Positions 18,563 to 33,062 of a stretch of 64,000 bases of DNA are shown here, piece after piece. Positions within the stretch are counted from its first letter, which is position 1; every line of letters starts with the position of its first letter. The translations under genes were made by a program, and so were the position numbers. The stretch spans positions 3,683-67,682 of the forward strand of contig DATIAY010000096.1 in the NCBI GenBank assembly GCA_035457825.1, in the 5' to 3' direction. Source of the stretch: Candidatus Methylomirabilota bacterium (lineage in GTDB: Bacteria > Methylomirabilota > Methylomirabilia > Rokubacteriales > CSP1-6). A model generated the notes under the pieces. That model was not told the DNA's origin. It saw only the letters and a program-made list of their open reading frames with translations, and did not search any database.

Positions 18563-20554
18563 GTGTCCGCCGAGCAGGCGCTCCGACTCACGGCATACGT
18601 CGTGGTGGCGGTGGGCATCGCCTCACTCGGCGTCGCCGACCTCATCGGCACTGCCGAGATGGTGCTGGCCGGCGTGGTCCTGGTGGCCGGCGGCTGGGTG
18701 CGCGACCGGATCGCGCGGGCCTCCACGCTGGACCCGGTGCTCACCGCGGCCGTGGCCGCATTCGCCGTGGTGGATGTGCTCTACCTCGCCGCGCGGGTGT
18801 TCGACGCGCTGGTGCGCTTCCTGGTGCTTCTCGTGCTCCTGCGTCTCCTTACGGCCCGGAACTCCCGTGAGTGCCGCGACGCCGGGCTCCTGGCGTTCTT
18901 CATGCCGGTGGCGTCGGCGGCGGCATCGCTCGGCGTCTGGTTCTCGTTTGTCTTCGTCGGCTTCCTCGTGGCCGGCACCATGTTGCTGGTCCTCGGCCAC
19001 GAGCTCGCCGAGGCCGAGCGAAGCGGCGGCCCAGCCGCAGCGCGGGCCCTGCCCGCCAGCCGGGGCGTGCTGACTCTCGGCCTGGCCGCTGCGGGGGCCT
19101 CGCTGCTCGTCACGCTGGCTCTGTTCTTCGTCATCCCGCGCATCGGGGAGGCGACGCTGGCGCTGACCGCCCCCAGCCGTCGGATGATCGTGGGCTTCAG
19201 CGATCGCGTGGAGCTCGGCGCCATCGGCGAGCTCGAAACGGACAGCAGCGTGGCCATGCGGATTCGTGTCGGCGACGTGACCCTCACGCCGCACCTCATC
19301 AACGAGCTGCGGTGGCGCGGAGTGGTGCTCGACTATTTCGACGGTCACGCCTGGACGATCGCGCGGCGCCGTCGCGCGCCGCTGGGTCGCGCCGCCGTCA
19401 GCGAGGCGGAGCCGGGCGGGGTGCCCGGCGCCGGGCTGCTCCTGACCCAGGAAGTGTTCCTGGAGCCTATCGGGACCGACACGCTCTTCGCCGCCCCTCG
19501 CGTCCTACGCGTGCGCGTGCCGGTGGGCACCGCACTCGTCGACGACATGGGCGCGCTTTCGGTGTCGCACACGGCCAGCCGCCTGGAATACACGGTGGAA
19601 TCGATCGTGGGTGGGCGGGCGCTGGAGCGACTCAGCCCGATTGCGCAGACGCGCCTCCTGCAGCTGCCACCGGTGGCCCCGCGGATCGCGACCCTGGCTC
19701 AGGAGGTGACGGCGAGCAGCGTGGGACCGGGGGCCGCGGCCCAGGCCCTGACCGAATACCTCCGGCGCGAATTCAAATACACGCTCAGCCTCCAGCGCAC
19801 GACCACCCTCCCACCCCTCGAGGAGTTCCTGTTCGAGCGCCGGGCCGGCAACTGTGAATACTTCGCCTCGGCGCTGGCGGTGATGCTCCGCTCGCTCGGT
19901 ATTCCCGCACGGGTCGTGACCGGCTTTCAGCGCGGAGAGTGGAATCCCTACGGCGAGTATTTCCTGGTACGCATGTCCGACGCCCACGCGTGGGTGGAGG
20001 CCTACATCCCCGGGTCGGGCTGGCTCACCCTCGATCCCTCACCCCGTGACGAGAGCGTCACCGCGGCGTGGGCGGGCGCCAGCCTCTTCCTGGACGCGCT
20101 ACGCCTGCGCTGGCACCGCTACATCGTGAACTGGAGCAGTCATGACCAGCTCGCCGCCGCCGCGACGGTGCGGCAGGCCGCGGGAGCGTGGCGGAACTGG
20201 CGCGAGCACTGGCCGCGGTGGCCGCAGTTGTGGCCCTGGGCCGCGCTCGCCGCGATGGCGGTCGTGCTCGTGTGGTCGCTCCGGCGCCGCGGGTGGTCGC
20301 CCCGCTCGCGTGACCGACGCGCGCCCCACTTCTACCGGCGGGCGCTACGCACGCTGTCCCGGCGCGGTCTGCGTCCGCAACCCGGCGAGACCGCCCGCGA
20401 GTTTGCCGGCCGCGTCGGCGACGCCACCCCGGCCCACGCCCCGGGCTTTGCCCGGATCACCGCCGCCTACGAGGCCGTCCGCTTCGGTGCCCGCCGGCTC
20501 CCATCCGCCGAGCAGGCGGAGATCGAAGGGTGCGTGCGGGCACTCGCCCGGTGA
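18563..20554 (+). CDS. Transglutaminase-like membrane protein (TgpA-like: polytopic N-terminus + transglutaminase core)
   Basis: Multi-TM N-terminus. Catalytic core: GNCEYFASALAVMLRSLGIPARVVTGF ... DAHAWVEAY ... WLTLDPSP. Confidence 0.85.
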   Translation: MSAEQALRLTAYVVVAVGIASLGVADLIGTAEMVLAGVVLVAGGWVRDRIARASTLDPVLTAAVAAFAVVDVLYLAARVFDALVRFLVLLVLLRLLTARNSRECRDAGLLAFFMPVASAAASLGVWFSFVFVGFLVAGTMLLVLGHELAEAERSGGPAAARALPASRGVLTLGLAAAGASLLVTLALFFVIPRIGEATLALTAPSRRMIVGFSDRVELGAIGELETDSSVAMRIRVGDVTLTPHLINELRWRGVVLDYFDGHAWTIARRRRAPLGRAAVSEAEPGGVPGAGLLLTQEVFLEPIGTDTLFAAPRVLRVRVPVGTALVDDMGALSVSHTASRLEYTVESIVGGRALERLSPIAQTRLLQLPPVAPRIATLAQEVTASSVGPGAAAQALTEYLRREFKYTLSLQRTTTLPPLEEFLFERRAGNCEYFASALAVMLRSLGIPARVVTGFQRGEWNPYGEYFLVRMSDAHAWVEAYIPGSGWLTLDPSPRDESVTAAWAGASLFLDALRLRWHRYIVNWSSHDQLAAAATVRQAAGAWRNWREHWPRWPQLWPWAALAAMAVVLVWSLRRRGWSPRSRDRRAPHFYRRALRTLSRRGLRPQPGETAREFAGRVGDATPAHAPGFARITAAYEAVRFGARRLPSAEQAEIEGCVRALAR

Positions 20555-20630
20555 TTCAAACGACCTAATTCCGGTCGTCGTCCTCCGTCACCTGTTGTTG
20601 GTCTCCGGAGCCATCGGCTATAAGTGAAGG

Positions 20631-21134
20631 GTGACAGTGCACTCGCTCCTCTCCCGCATCGGCCACGTGCTCAAACAGCCGCTCTCCCGTGTGCAGGCGG
20701 TGATCGGTATCGCCGCCGGCCTCATCTCGATCAGCGGCGCCGTGTACTCCTCGATGCACGCGACGAACGCGCCACTGGCGCAGGGAGAGGTCGTGGCCAT
20801 CGTCCACCAGGCGCGCTCGCTCAAACCCGTGGCCGGGGCCATCGTGGAGGTCTACACGCCCCGGGATGCCCTGGTTACCACGCTCAGCGCCCGGGAGGAG
20901 GGTCGGGTTCGCCACGCGCTCCGGGAAGGCGACTACAAGTTACGTGTGTTCCACCCGCGTTATGGCGTCGAGGTTCGTCAGGTGCAGGTGCAGGCACGAC
21001 ATGTCTCCGAGATCCGCATCGGCCTGATGCCCCGGGCCGCGGTTCCCACCCCCCCCAGGGCGGCCGCGGCTCCGAAGGTCGCGGCTGACGAGGGCCTCGT
21101 CAAGCAGTTCTTTCGCAAGCTCGGACTCGACTAG
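20631..21134 (+). CDS. Membrane-anchored hypothetical protein with a carboxypeptidase-regulatory-like beta-sandwich segment
   Basis: One N-terminal TM (VIGIAAGLISISGAVY), then G.IVEVY...GDYKLRVFHPRYG. No catalytic motif recognised. The start may instead be the GTG at 20637. Confidence 0.45.
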   Translation: MTVHSLLSRIGHVLKQPLSRVQAVIGIAAGLISISGAVYSSMHATNAPLAQGEVVAIVHQARSLKPVAGAIVEVYTPRDALVTTLSAREEGRVRHALREGDYKLRVFHPRYGVEVRQVQVQARHVSEIRIGLMPRAAVPTPPRAAAAPKVAADEGLVKQFFRKLGLD

Positions 21135-21209
21135 GTCGAGTCGCCCCCGCCGGCGCCCGCGGGCTATTCGAACAGCTGATTCGGCACGCTCACAGCGCGT
21201 CACCGCCTC

Positions 21210-21704
21210 TCATACCTCGACTTCAACCTCGTCTCCTTCGAGACGGTAGAACCCGACGACTTCGCCTGTGACAACACCGGTCGTCAAACCAGGCTCGGCA
21301 GCGAACCGCAGAGGGAACACAGCTTCAGGCGGCTTGCCCAGGGCGGCGTAGAACGCCTGTCGGTCCTGCGACGGCACACCAACGACGCCGCCCCAGAATC
21401 CGAAGCGGCGACCGCCGACGAATATCTGAGGCTGTTGGGTGCCGAGATCGTCCTCGTCAAGAGCGGGTGTGACGAATCCGGGCACCGCCGTGCCGTCCGC
21501 GAGTTGGACCGCGGCACGCACCAGCAGCATGCCTTCGGAGGGACCCGCGGGAAGGGGCCCATTCCACGGGCGAAACGTTTCTTCATCGGTCTCGTCGTAC
21601 CACGGTTCGTCGTAGTCTGCCGTGTGGCATCCGATCCACACCGGGTGCCGCTCGAAGTCGCTTGGCACGAGGTCCCCGAATTGCTTCATTTCTGGCGTGT
21701 TCAT
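21210..21704 (-). CDS. Hypothetical protein (no family recognised)
   Basis: Natural-looking acidic composition (MNTPEMKQFGDLVPSDFERHPVWIGCHTADYDEPWYDETDEETFRPW...). A TTG at 21755 is an alternative start. Confidence 0.5.
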   Translation of the reverse strand: MNTPEMKQFGDLVPSDFERHPVWIGCHTADYDEPWYDETDEETFRPWNGPLPAGPSEGMLLVRAAVQLADGTAVPGFVTPALDEDDLGTQQPQIFVGGRRFGFWGGVVGVPSQDRQAFYAALGKPPEAVFPLRFAAEPGLTTGVVTGEVVGFYRLEGDEVEVEV

Positions 21705-21771
21705 CCCTTCGTGTATCCTTGGGCGCGCGCTTGCCGCGATACACCTCGACGGCAATCACCTGAGCCCGGAG

Positions 21772-22353
21772 CTAGCTCCGGCTTCCCGGCTTCACGGCCT
21801 GACTGCCGGTCCGGCACAGTGGACAGGCCTCCGGGGGCCAGGTGCTGGCGGTCACGCGCGCCAGCGCGACGTGGGGGACGGCGAACTGCGCAGTGCCGCT
21901 GCTCCGGTCGATCAGCATGCCGACACCCACGACGACGCCGCCGTGCGTATCCACGCACTCGATCACCTCGAGGGTGGAACCGCCGGTGGTGACCACGTCC
22001 TCGACGACGAGGCAACGCTCGCCCGGGCTCAGGGTGAAGCCCCGGCGCAGGCTCATGACCCCGTTGTCGCGCTCGGTGAACAGGGCCCGGGTCCCCAGCG
22101 CGCGGGCGACTTCGTACGCCACGAGGATGCCACCGATGGCGGGAGCCAGCACCACCCCCGCGCCGGAGTCCCGGAACGGTGCGGCCAGGGCCTGCCCGAG
22201 CGCGGCGGCAAACTCCGGGTGCTGCAGGACGAGCGCAGACTGCAGATAGACGTCCGAGTGGAGCCCGGACGTCAGGCGGAAATGGCCGCGCAGGAGTGCG
22301 CTGGTCTTCTCGTAGAGGGCGAGCGTCTCGCGTTCCGTCATGTTCCCGCGCAC
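21772..22353 (-). CDS. pyrE: Orotate phosphoribosyltransferase
   Basis: GHFRLTSGLHSDVYL and the PRPP loop LVVEDVVTTGGST. Confidence 0.9.
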   Translation of the reverse strand: MRGNMTERETLALYEKTSALLRGHFRLTSGLHSDVYLQSALVLQHPEFAAALGQALAAPFRDSGAGVVLAPAIGGILVAYEVARALGTRALFTERDNGVMSLRRGFTLSPGERCLVVEDVVTTGGSTLEVIECVDTHGGVVVGVGMLIDRSSGTAQFAVPHVALARVTASTWPPEACPLCRTGSQAVKPGSRS

Positions 22354-23164
22354 TCCTCGAGGATGGCGCGAGCGGCGGCAACCGGATCGGGGGCGCCGGT
22401 GATCGGACGGCCCACCACGAGGTAGTCGGCGCCAGCCCGAATGGCCGCCGCTGCCGTGGCCGTTCTCACCTGATCGTCGTTGGACTGGGGGGCCCCGAGA
22501 TGGCCCCCCAGACCCCCCAGCTCGCGCGGCGGCGCGACACCGGCCCCCGGACCGGCCACCTCGCGTGGCGCTGGAACACCGGCCCCCGACCCGCGAATGC
22601 CCGGCGTCACGATCAGCCAGTCCCGGCCGAGGTTGAGCCGGAGCAGTCCGATCTCGCGCGGCGACGCGACGCAGCCGTCCAGCCCCGCCTGGCGGCAGAG
22701 TCGCGCCAGATGCAGCACCTGCGCGGGCACCGTGCTGGGCACGCCCAGCTCGACCTCGAGGGCGCGGCGGTCCAGGCTGGTGAGCACGGTGACGCCCAGG
22801 CAGAGCGGGCGCTTGGCACCGAACTCCTGGGCGGCCCGGGCCGCCGCCTCGGCAGCCGCGCGCATCATGCCGAGGCCGCCGCCGGCGTGAACGTTCAGCA
22901 TGAAGACGCCCAGGCGCGTGGCCTCGCGCACCGCGCCCGTCACGGTGTTGGGAATGTCGTGGAACTTGAGATCGAGGAAGACGCGATACCCGCGCTTGCG
23001 AGCCGCCTCGATCGCCGCCGGCCCCGCGGCCGTGAAGAGCTGGTTGCCGATCTTGCAGCCGCTCAGGACGCCGTGCAGCCGGTCGAGGAGCGTGGTGGCG
23101 GCGGTCAGGCTTTCCACGTCGAGCGCCACCAGCACACGCTCGGCGGGATCGCGGGGGCGCGGGC

Positions 23165-23168
<4 letters not shown>
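22338..23168 (-). CDS. pyrF: Orotidine 5'-phosphate decarboxylase (with a loop insertion)
   Basis: [24 protein letters not shown] ... DDQVR ... YLVVGRPI. The ATG at 23168 forms an ATGA overlap with the carB stop. The longer ORF up to 23768 lies inside carB. Confidence 0.9.
22521..22598 (-). repeat. In-frame imperfect 39-nt tandem duplication inside pyrF
   Basis: CTCGCGCGGCGGCGCGACACCGGCCCCCGGACCGGCCAC followed by CTCGCGTGGCGCTGGAACACCGGCCCCCGACCCGCGAAT. These encode ...[13 protein letters not shown] and [13 protein letters not shown]. Confidence 0.8.
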
Positions 23169-26376
<3,208 letters not shown>

Positions 26377-26377
<1 letters not shown>

Positions 26378-26643
26378 TACTCCTCGACCAGCCCGTACAC
26401 GATGGAGATCTCCGGCACGGCCTCTTCACGGCGATAGAGGACATCGTCGAGGCGTCCGTTGCCGGTGAATACGACCTCGCCGTTGCCCCACAGCTGCTCT
26501 CCGAACACGCTCATGCGCTTCTCCACCCGCTGGCGGATGGCGTGGGACTCGAGCGCGGTCTCGCTCCTCGTGGTGAAGGAGGCCCACTCGGGCTTCTGCC
26601 CCGTTCCTTCCGTCTTCCGGTAGGAAATGAGGTACAGCGGCAT
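26377..26643 (-). CDS. Conserved-looking small protein of unknown function (88 aa) between carA and carB
   Basis: Balanced amino-acid composition. Nearly all third codon positions are G/C, counted by hand. GGGAGG lies 13 nt upstream. The stop TAG overlaps the carB GTG (TAGTG). Confidence 0.6.
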
Positions 26644-26651
26644 AGGGAAAC

Positions 26652-27776
26652 TCAGCCTCCCTTCTGAACCATCAGGTCGGCAAAGCGGTGGAAGAGGTGG
26701 CTGGCGTCGTGCGGTCCCGGCGACGCCTCCGGGTGATATTGCACGGAGAACGCCGGCCAGTCATGGTGACGCAGCCCCTCACAGGTTGTGTCGTTGAGGT
26801 TGACGTGGGTGGCTATCCAGCCCGCGCGCTCCACCGAGGCCGGCTCCACGGCGAAGCCGTGGTTCTGCGCGGTGATCTCGACCCGGCCGGTGGCGAGATC
26901 CTTGACCGGGTGGTTCGCCCCGTGGTGGCCGAAGGGCAGCTTGTAGGTCCGACCCCCGGCGGCCAGGCCGAGGATCTGATGCCCCAGGCAGATGCCGAAG
27001 ATTGGCACCCGTCCGAGCAGCGCGCGGACGGATTCGACGAGGTACACCACGGCTTCGGGATCGCCGGGACCGTTGGACAGGAAGACTCCATCGGGCTTGC
27101 GCTCCAGCACCGCCTCGGCCGGCGTGGTGGCGGGGACGACGGTCACCTCACACCCCACGCTGGCCAGTTGGCGCAGGATGTTCAGCTTGATGCCGGCGTC
27201 GTAGGCCACCACGCGGCACCGACGGGGCGCCGGCGCCAGATAGCCGCGCCCCAGATCCCAGCGGCCTTCGCTCCACGTGAACGGGGCCTCGCTGGTGACC
27301 TCCCGGACCAGGTCACGGCCGACGAGGCCGGGCAGGGCCCGGGCGCGCTCGCGCAGGCGGGACTCGTCGAGGTCGCCCGAGGCGATGATGCCGTCCTGGG
27401 CCCCGTGATCGCGCAGGTGGCGCGTGAGGGCCCGGGTATCGATCCCCTGGATGCCCACGATGCCGTGGCGCGTGAGATGGGCGTCGAGGGAAACCTCGGC
27501 CCTCCAGTTGGAGGACACGACCGAGGCCTCCTTCACGATGAACCCGTTGACCCAGGGGCGCCGCGACTCAGCGTCCTCGGCGTTCAGCCCGCAGTTGCCG
27601 ATGAGCGGATAGGTCATGGCGACGATCTGCCCGCAGTAAGACGGATCGGTGAGGATCTCCTGGTAGCCCGACATGGCGGTGTTGAAGATGACCTCTCCCC
27701 AGGCCTCCCCGATGGCCCCCAGGGCCTCGCCGCGGAAGAGGCGGCCATCACGCAGCACGAGAAGCGCGGGGGTCAC
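26652..27776 (-). CDS. carA: Carbamoyl-phosphate synthase small (glutaminase) subunit
   Basis: [11 protein letters not shown]..., triad region [10 protein letters not shown] and HH...HPE. The GTG at 27776 forms a GTGA overlap with the pyrC stop. Confidence 0.95.
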   Translation of the reverse strand: MTPALLVLRDGRLFRGEALGAIGEAWGEVIFNTAMSGYQEILTDPSYCGQIVAMTYPLIGNCGLNAEDAESRRPWVNGFIVKEASVVSSNWRAEVSLDAHLTRHGIVGIQGIDTRALTRHLRDHGAQDGIIASGDLDESRLRERARALPGLVGRDLVREVTSEAPFTWSEGRWDLGRGYLAPAPRRCRVVAYDAGIKLNILRQLASVGCEVTVVPATTPAEAVLERKPDGVFLSNGPGDPEAVVYLVESVRALLGRVPIFGICLGHQILGLAAGGRTYKLPFGHHGANHPVKDLATGRVEITAQNHGFAVEPASVERAGWIATHVNLNDTTCEGLRHHDWPAFSVQYHPEASPGPHDASHLFHRFADLMVQKGG

Positions 27777-29043
27777 AGCGCCACGCGCTTTCCGCTCACG
27801 ATCGTCATCCACGGGCCCCCCCGGAGCTGCCAGCCGGCGAATGGCGTGTTCCGGCTTCTCGACTGAAACCGCGGAGGATCCACGGTGAGTTCCCGTTCCA
27901 GATCGAGGATCGTGACGTCCGCCCGCGTGCCCGGCGCCAGCGTTCCCCCGGGCAGGTTGAGCAGCCGGGCGGGATCGCGAGACAGGCGCGCCACGAGGGT
28001 GGCGAGCGGCAGCAGCCCCGGCCGGACCAGCCGGTCCAGCAGCACGGCCACCGCCGTCTCCAGGCCCACCACGCCGAAGGCGGCCCGGTCGTATTCCCCC
28101 TCCTTCTCGCTGAGCGCGTGGGGGGCGTGGTCGGTGGCGATGCAGTCGATGGTTCCATCGGCAAGGGCTTCCAGGAGGGCCTCGGTATCGCGCTTGGTCC
28201 GCAGCGGAGGATTCATCTTCGTGTTGGCATCGAACGAGCGGACGGCTTCCTCGGTGAGCACCAGGTGGTGCGGAGTGACTTCGGCGGTCACCCGCACCCC
28301 GCGGGCCTTGGCGTCCCGAACCAGCCGCACTCCACCCGCCGTCGAGAGGTGGGCGATGTGGACGTGGGCCCCGGTCAGCTCGGCCAGGATGATGTCGCGG
28401 GCCACCATGGTTTCTTCGGCGGCCGCCGGGGCGCCGGGCAGGCCGAGCTCCGTGGAAACGACCCCCTCGTTGATCGCCCCGTCGCGCGACAGGGTGTGGT
28501 CCTCGGCGTGGCTGATCAGCGGCGTGCCGAAGGGCAGCGTGTACTCCATGGCCCGCCGGTAGAGGGCGGCGTTCATCACACAGCGGCCGTCGTCGGAGAA
28601 GGCCACGCAGCCGGACTCGGCCAGCTCGGCGAGCTCGGCCAGCTCCTCGCCGCGCAACCCTCGGGTGACGGCCCCGATCGGGTACACGTGAACCTTCCCC
28701 TCGGTCCGTGCGCGATCGAGGATGTACTCGGTGATGGAGCCGTTATCGTTCACGGGGTCGGTGTTGGCCATGCAGCACACGGCGGTGAAGCCGCCCGCGG
28801 CCGCGGCCCGGGTGCCGGTGGCCACCGTCTCCTTGTACTCGTATCCGGGCTCCCGGAGATGGGTGTGGATGTCGATGAACCCGGGGCAGACGACCTTGCC
28901 TGTGGCGTCGATGACCTCGGTCCCTTCGCCGGCGGCCAGACGGGGTCCGATCTGCTTGATGACGTCGCCATCGATGAGGACGTCGGCGGCGGTGTCCAGC
29001 TGATTGGTCGGGTCGATCACGCGCGCGTTCCGGATCAGCAGGC

Positions 29044-29047
<4 letters not shown>
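27773..29047 (-). CDS. pyrC: Dihydroorotase
   Basis: [28 protein letters not shown]. Confidence 0.95.
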
Positions 29048-30638
<1,591 letters not shown>

Positions 30639-31904
30639 TCAACCGCTGGGCCCCACCGGTGGGGTGGACCGGCCCGGCTCACGCCAGCGCTCGTGCAGGC
30701 GCCGCTCGTGCTCGACCGTCACCCGTCCCCGGCGCATGACCAGCACGCGCCCGGGCAAGGCCGCCACGACCTCCTCGACCCGCGTGCAGTCCCAGACGAC
30801 GAGGTCGGCGTGCGCACCCGGGGCCAGGCCATAGTCGCGAAGGCCCAGGATGCGGGCGGGGTGTGTCGTCACCGTCTCCACGAGCTGGCGCAGCTCCGCG
30901 GGCGCGCCCATGTGAGCGGTCACCGCGGCCAGAAAGGCCATGTGCGAGAGGTCTGCCGTGCCCACCGTGGTGAAGGGGTTGCGGATGTTGTTCGAGGCCA
31001 GCGCCACCGGTACCCCGGCGGCCAGCAGGCGACGTACGGGGGTGAGGCCGCGCCGCGGGCTGATGTCATCGCCCCGGCCCATGAGATAGAGATCGGTGGC
31101 GGGCAGGCAGATCACGCCGATTCCGACGTCGCGCAGGTGCGCGATGATCTCGTCCTGCTGCGCGGGCGGCAGGGCCGCCAGCTCGGTGAGGTGACCGACC
31201 GCCACCCGCCCCTGCCAGCCGATGGTCCGCGTCCGCTCGATGATCTCGCGCACGTGCAGATGATCGGGCTCGTCGAAGAAGTCGACGTGAAAGTCGGCGG
31301 CGACGTCGAAGGCCTGGGCCAGCCGAAAGACGAGGTCGATGTGCAGGCGAGGATCCGTGTCGTTGTAGGGGCAGCCGCCCACCAGGTCCGCACCCATCTG
31401 CAACGCCCGGCGGAGCAGGGCCTCGGTGCCGGGCGCCTGGAGGATGCCTTCCTGGGCGAACGCGCAGAGCTGGAGCTCCAGGGCCGGCGCGTACTCGGCC
31501 TTCAGCGCCAGCATGGCTTCCATGCCCGTGAGCCCCACGATCGGATCGACCTCGACGTGGGCCCGCATCGCCGTAGTTCCCGCGGCGACCGCCAGATCGA
31601 GGACCCGGCGGGCCCGGGCGCTGATGTCAACGAGGGTGAAGCTCCGCTTGGCCTCGCCGACCTGCCGGATGGCCTCGCGCACCGAGGCGGTGGGAACGGT
31701 GAGGCGCTCGGACAGGAAGGCCTTGTCGAGGTGGATGTGGGCCTCCACCAGCCCCGGGGTGACGACGCGGCCACCCACGTCGATCGCCGCGTCCGTACGA
31801 CGGCCGGACGCATCGTGGGTGACGATCGCGGCGATGCGGTCCTGACGGAGGTCGATGTCGACCAGGCCCTCCCGGTCGGGCACCCGGCACGCGCGCAGGA
31901 GCAT
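30639..31904 (-). CDS. Amidohydrolase, cytosine-deaminase/AtzC-like
   Basis: GGRVVTPGLVEAHIHLDKAFL, the later HV..D and VALASNNIRNPF. The GTG at 31925 is an alternative start. Confidence 0.8.
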   Translation of the reverse strand: MLLRACRVPDREGLVDIDLRQDRIAAIVTHDASGRRTDAAIDVGGRVVTPGLVEAHIHLDKAFLSERLTVPTASVREAIRQVGEAKRSFTLVDISARARRVLDLAVAAGTTAMRAHVEVDPIVGLTGMEAMLALKAEYAPALELQLCAFAQEGILQAPGTEALLRRALQMGADLVGGCPYNDTDPRLHIDLVFRLAQAFDVAADFHVDFFDEPDHLHVREIIERTRTIGWQGRVAVGHLTELAALPPAQQDEIIAHLRDVGIGVICLPATDLYLMGRGDDISPRRGLTPVRRLLAAGVPVALASNNIRNPFTTVGTADLSHMAFLAAVTAHMGAPAELRQLVETVTTHPARILGLRDYGLAPGAHADLVVWDCTRVEEVVAALPGRVLVMRRGRVTVEHERRLHERWREPGRSTPPVGPSG

Positions 31905-31958
31905 GTCGGTCACGGATCTTCTCACGGCGGCCCCGTGAGAGCCGGTGTTTCGGCCCGG

Positions 31959-33062
31959 CTATGGCTGCTTCCGCTCCTCCAGGGCGCGCAGGATCCGCTG
32001 GGCCTGCTCGATGTTCCGCTTCGCCTCGGCGTGCTGGGGATCGTGCTCGAGCACCGCGTGCCAGTGCGCGATGGCCGCCTCGAGCTGCTCCTCCCGGGAC
32101 AGCCGGATCCCCTCGTTGTAGTGGAGCTGGATGGTGCGGCTGCGGGCCTCCTCGAGCAGGCCGGAGCCGTCGCGGTAGGCGGGATCGAGGTGGGCCAGCT
32201 GGATGAGCGCGCGGTGGGCGTCGTCGTAACGGCCCTTGACGAGATCGTCCTTGCCCTGGGCATAGAGAATGGCCTTCTTGAGATCGAGCCACTCGCTGTT
32301 CCGAGGGTTGCCCTCGAGCAAGCGATCGACGGCGGCCAGGGCGGCCCCGTATTCGCCGCGCTCGAGCGCCTCGTGGGTGTCCGCCAGCAGCGGGTTGCCT
32401 TCGAGCAGGGGTTCCTCGGCCGGGCTCTCCTTGACGATCGGACCGCCGTTGTCCGGCGGCGGATCCGGAGCGCGCGGCAGGGCCACCCGTTGTAGCCCCG
32501 CCGTACGAGCGGCCAGGCCGGAGACTTCCGGGATCTTCAAACGCATCCCGGGGACCAGCCGTGGCTTGGGGGGCAGTCGGTTGGCTTCCCAGATCACCTC
32601 GGCGAGGGCCCGATCGCCGTAGTGCCGCTCGGCGATGGAGCCCAGGGTTTCACCCCGGGCCACGGTGTGGGTGGTGAAGTGAAGCTCGGGGACCTGTTCG
32701 CGAAGCGCCGTGAAGGCCGCGGCGCTGCTCGGGTCGAGGGCCAGGGCGGCGAGCAGGTGGCGGCGCGCTTCGAGGTGATTGCCCCGGCGGAGCGCCTGCT
32801 GCCCCAGCCGGAGTCGGCGAGCCACCGCGGCCTGCCGACGTCGGGCGAGCCTGGCCTGCTCCGCCCGCGCCGCGGCGTCGGTGGGATCGATCGTGAGCGC
32901 GATCTTCCACTCCTCGAGGGCGGCGCGCAGATCGCCGCTCCGCTCGTAGGCGAGCGCGCGCTGCCGGTGCTCGGCAGCGAGTCGGGCGGGCGGGGCCGGC
33001 GCGATACTGGCGCAGGCCGTCAGGCCCAGGCCGATCAGCAACCCGAGCGCCATCGTCCTCAC
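31959..33062 (-). CDS. Lipoprotein with a LysM domain and TPR repeats
   Basis: Lipobox LGLTAC after M-RTMALGLLIG. LysM segment HTVARGETLGSIAERHYGD...LVPGMRLKIP. TPR-like repeats at both ends. The GTG at 33062 forms a GTGA overlap with the upstream stop; the ATG at 33053 is an alternative. Confidence 0.7.
   Translation of the reverse strand: MRTMALGLLIGLGLTACASIAPAPPARLAAEHRQRALAYERSGDLRAALEEWKIALTIDPTDAAARAEQARLARRRQAAVARRLRLGQQALRRGNHLEARRHLLAALALDPSSAAAFTALREQVPELHFTTHTVARGETLGSIAERHYGDRALAEVIWEANRLPPKPRLVPGMRLKIPEVSGLAARTAGLQRVALPRAPDPPPDNGGPIVKESPAEEPLLEGNPLLADTHEALERGEYGAALAAVDRLLEGNPRNSEWLDLKKAILYAQGKDDLVKGRYDDAHRALIQLAHLDPAYRDGSGLLEEARSRTIQLHYNEGIRLSREEQLEAAIAHWHAVLEHDPQHAEAKRNIEQAQRILRALEERKQP

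Noticed and set aside
16646-20554. MoxR-DUF58-transglutaminase cluster as a candidate novel system.
   Set aside because: This triad is a widely conserved, already recognised gene neighbourhood, and nothing in this copy looks atypical.
21135-21209. Possible bidirectional terminator between the convergent orphan genes.
   Set aside because: Only a 10-nt GC palindrome (GCCCGCGGGC) is present, with no usable loop or U-tract. That is too weak to call.
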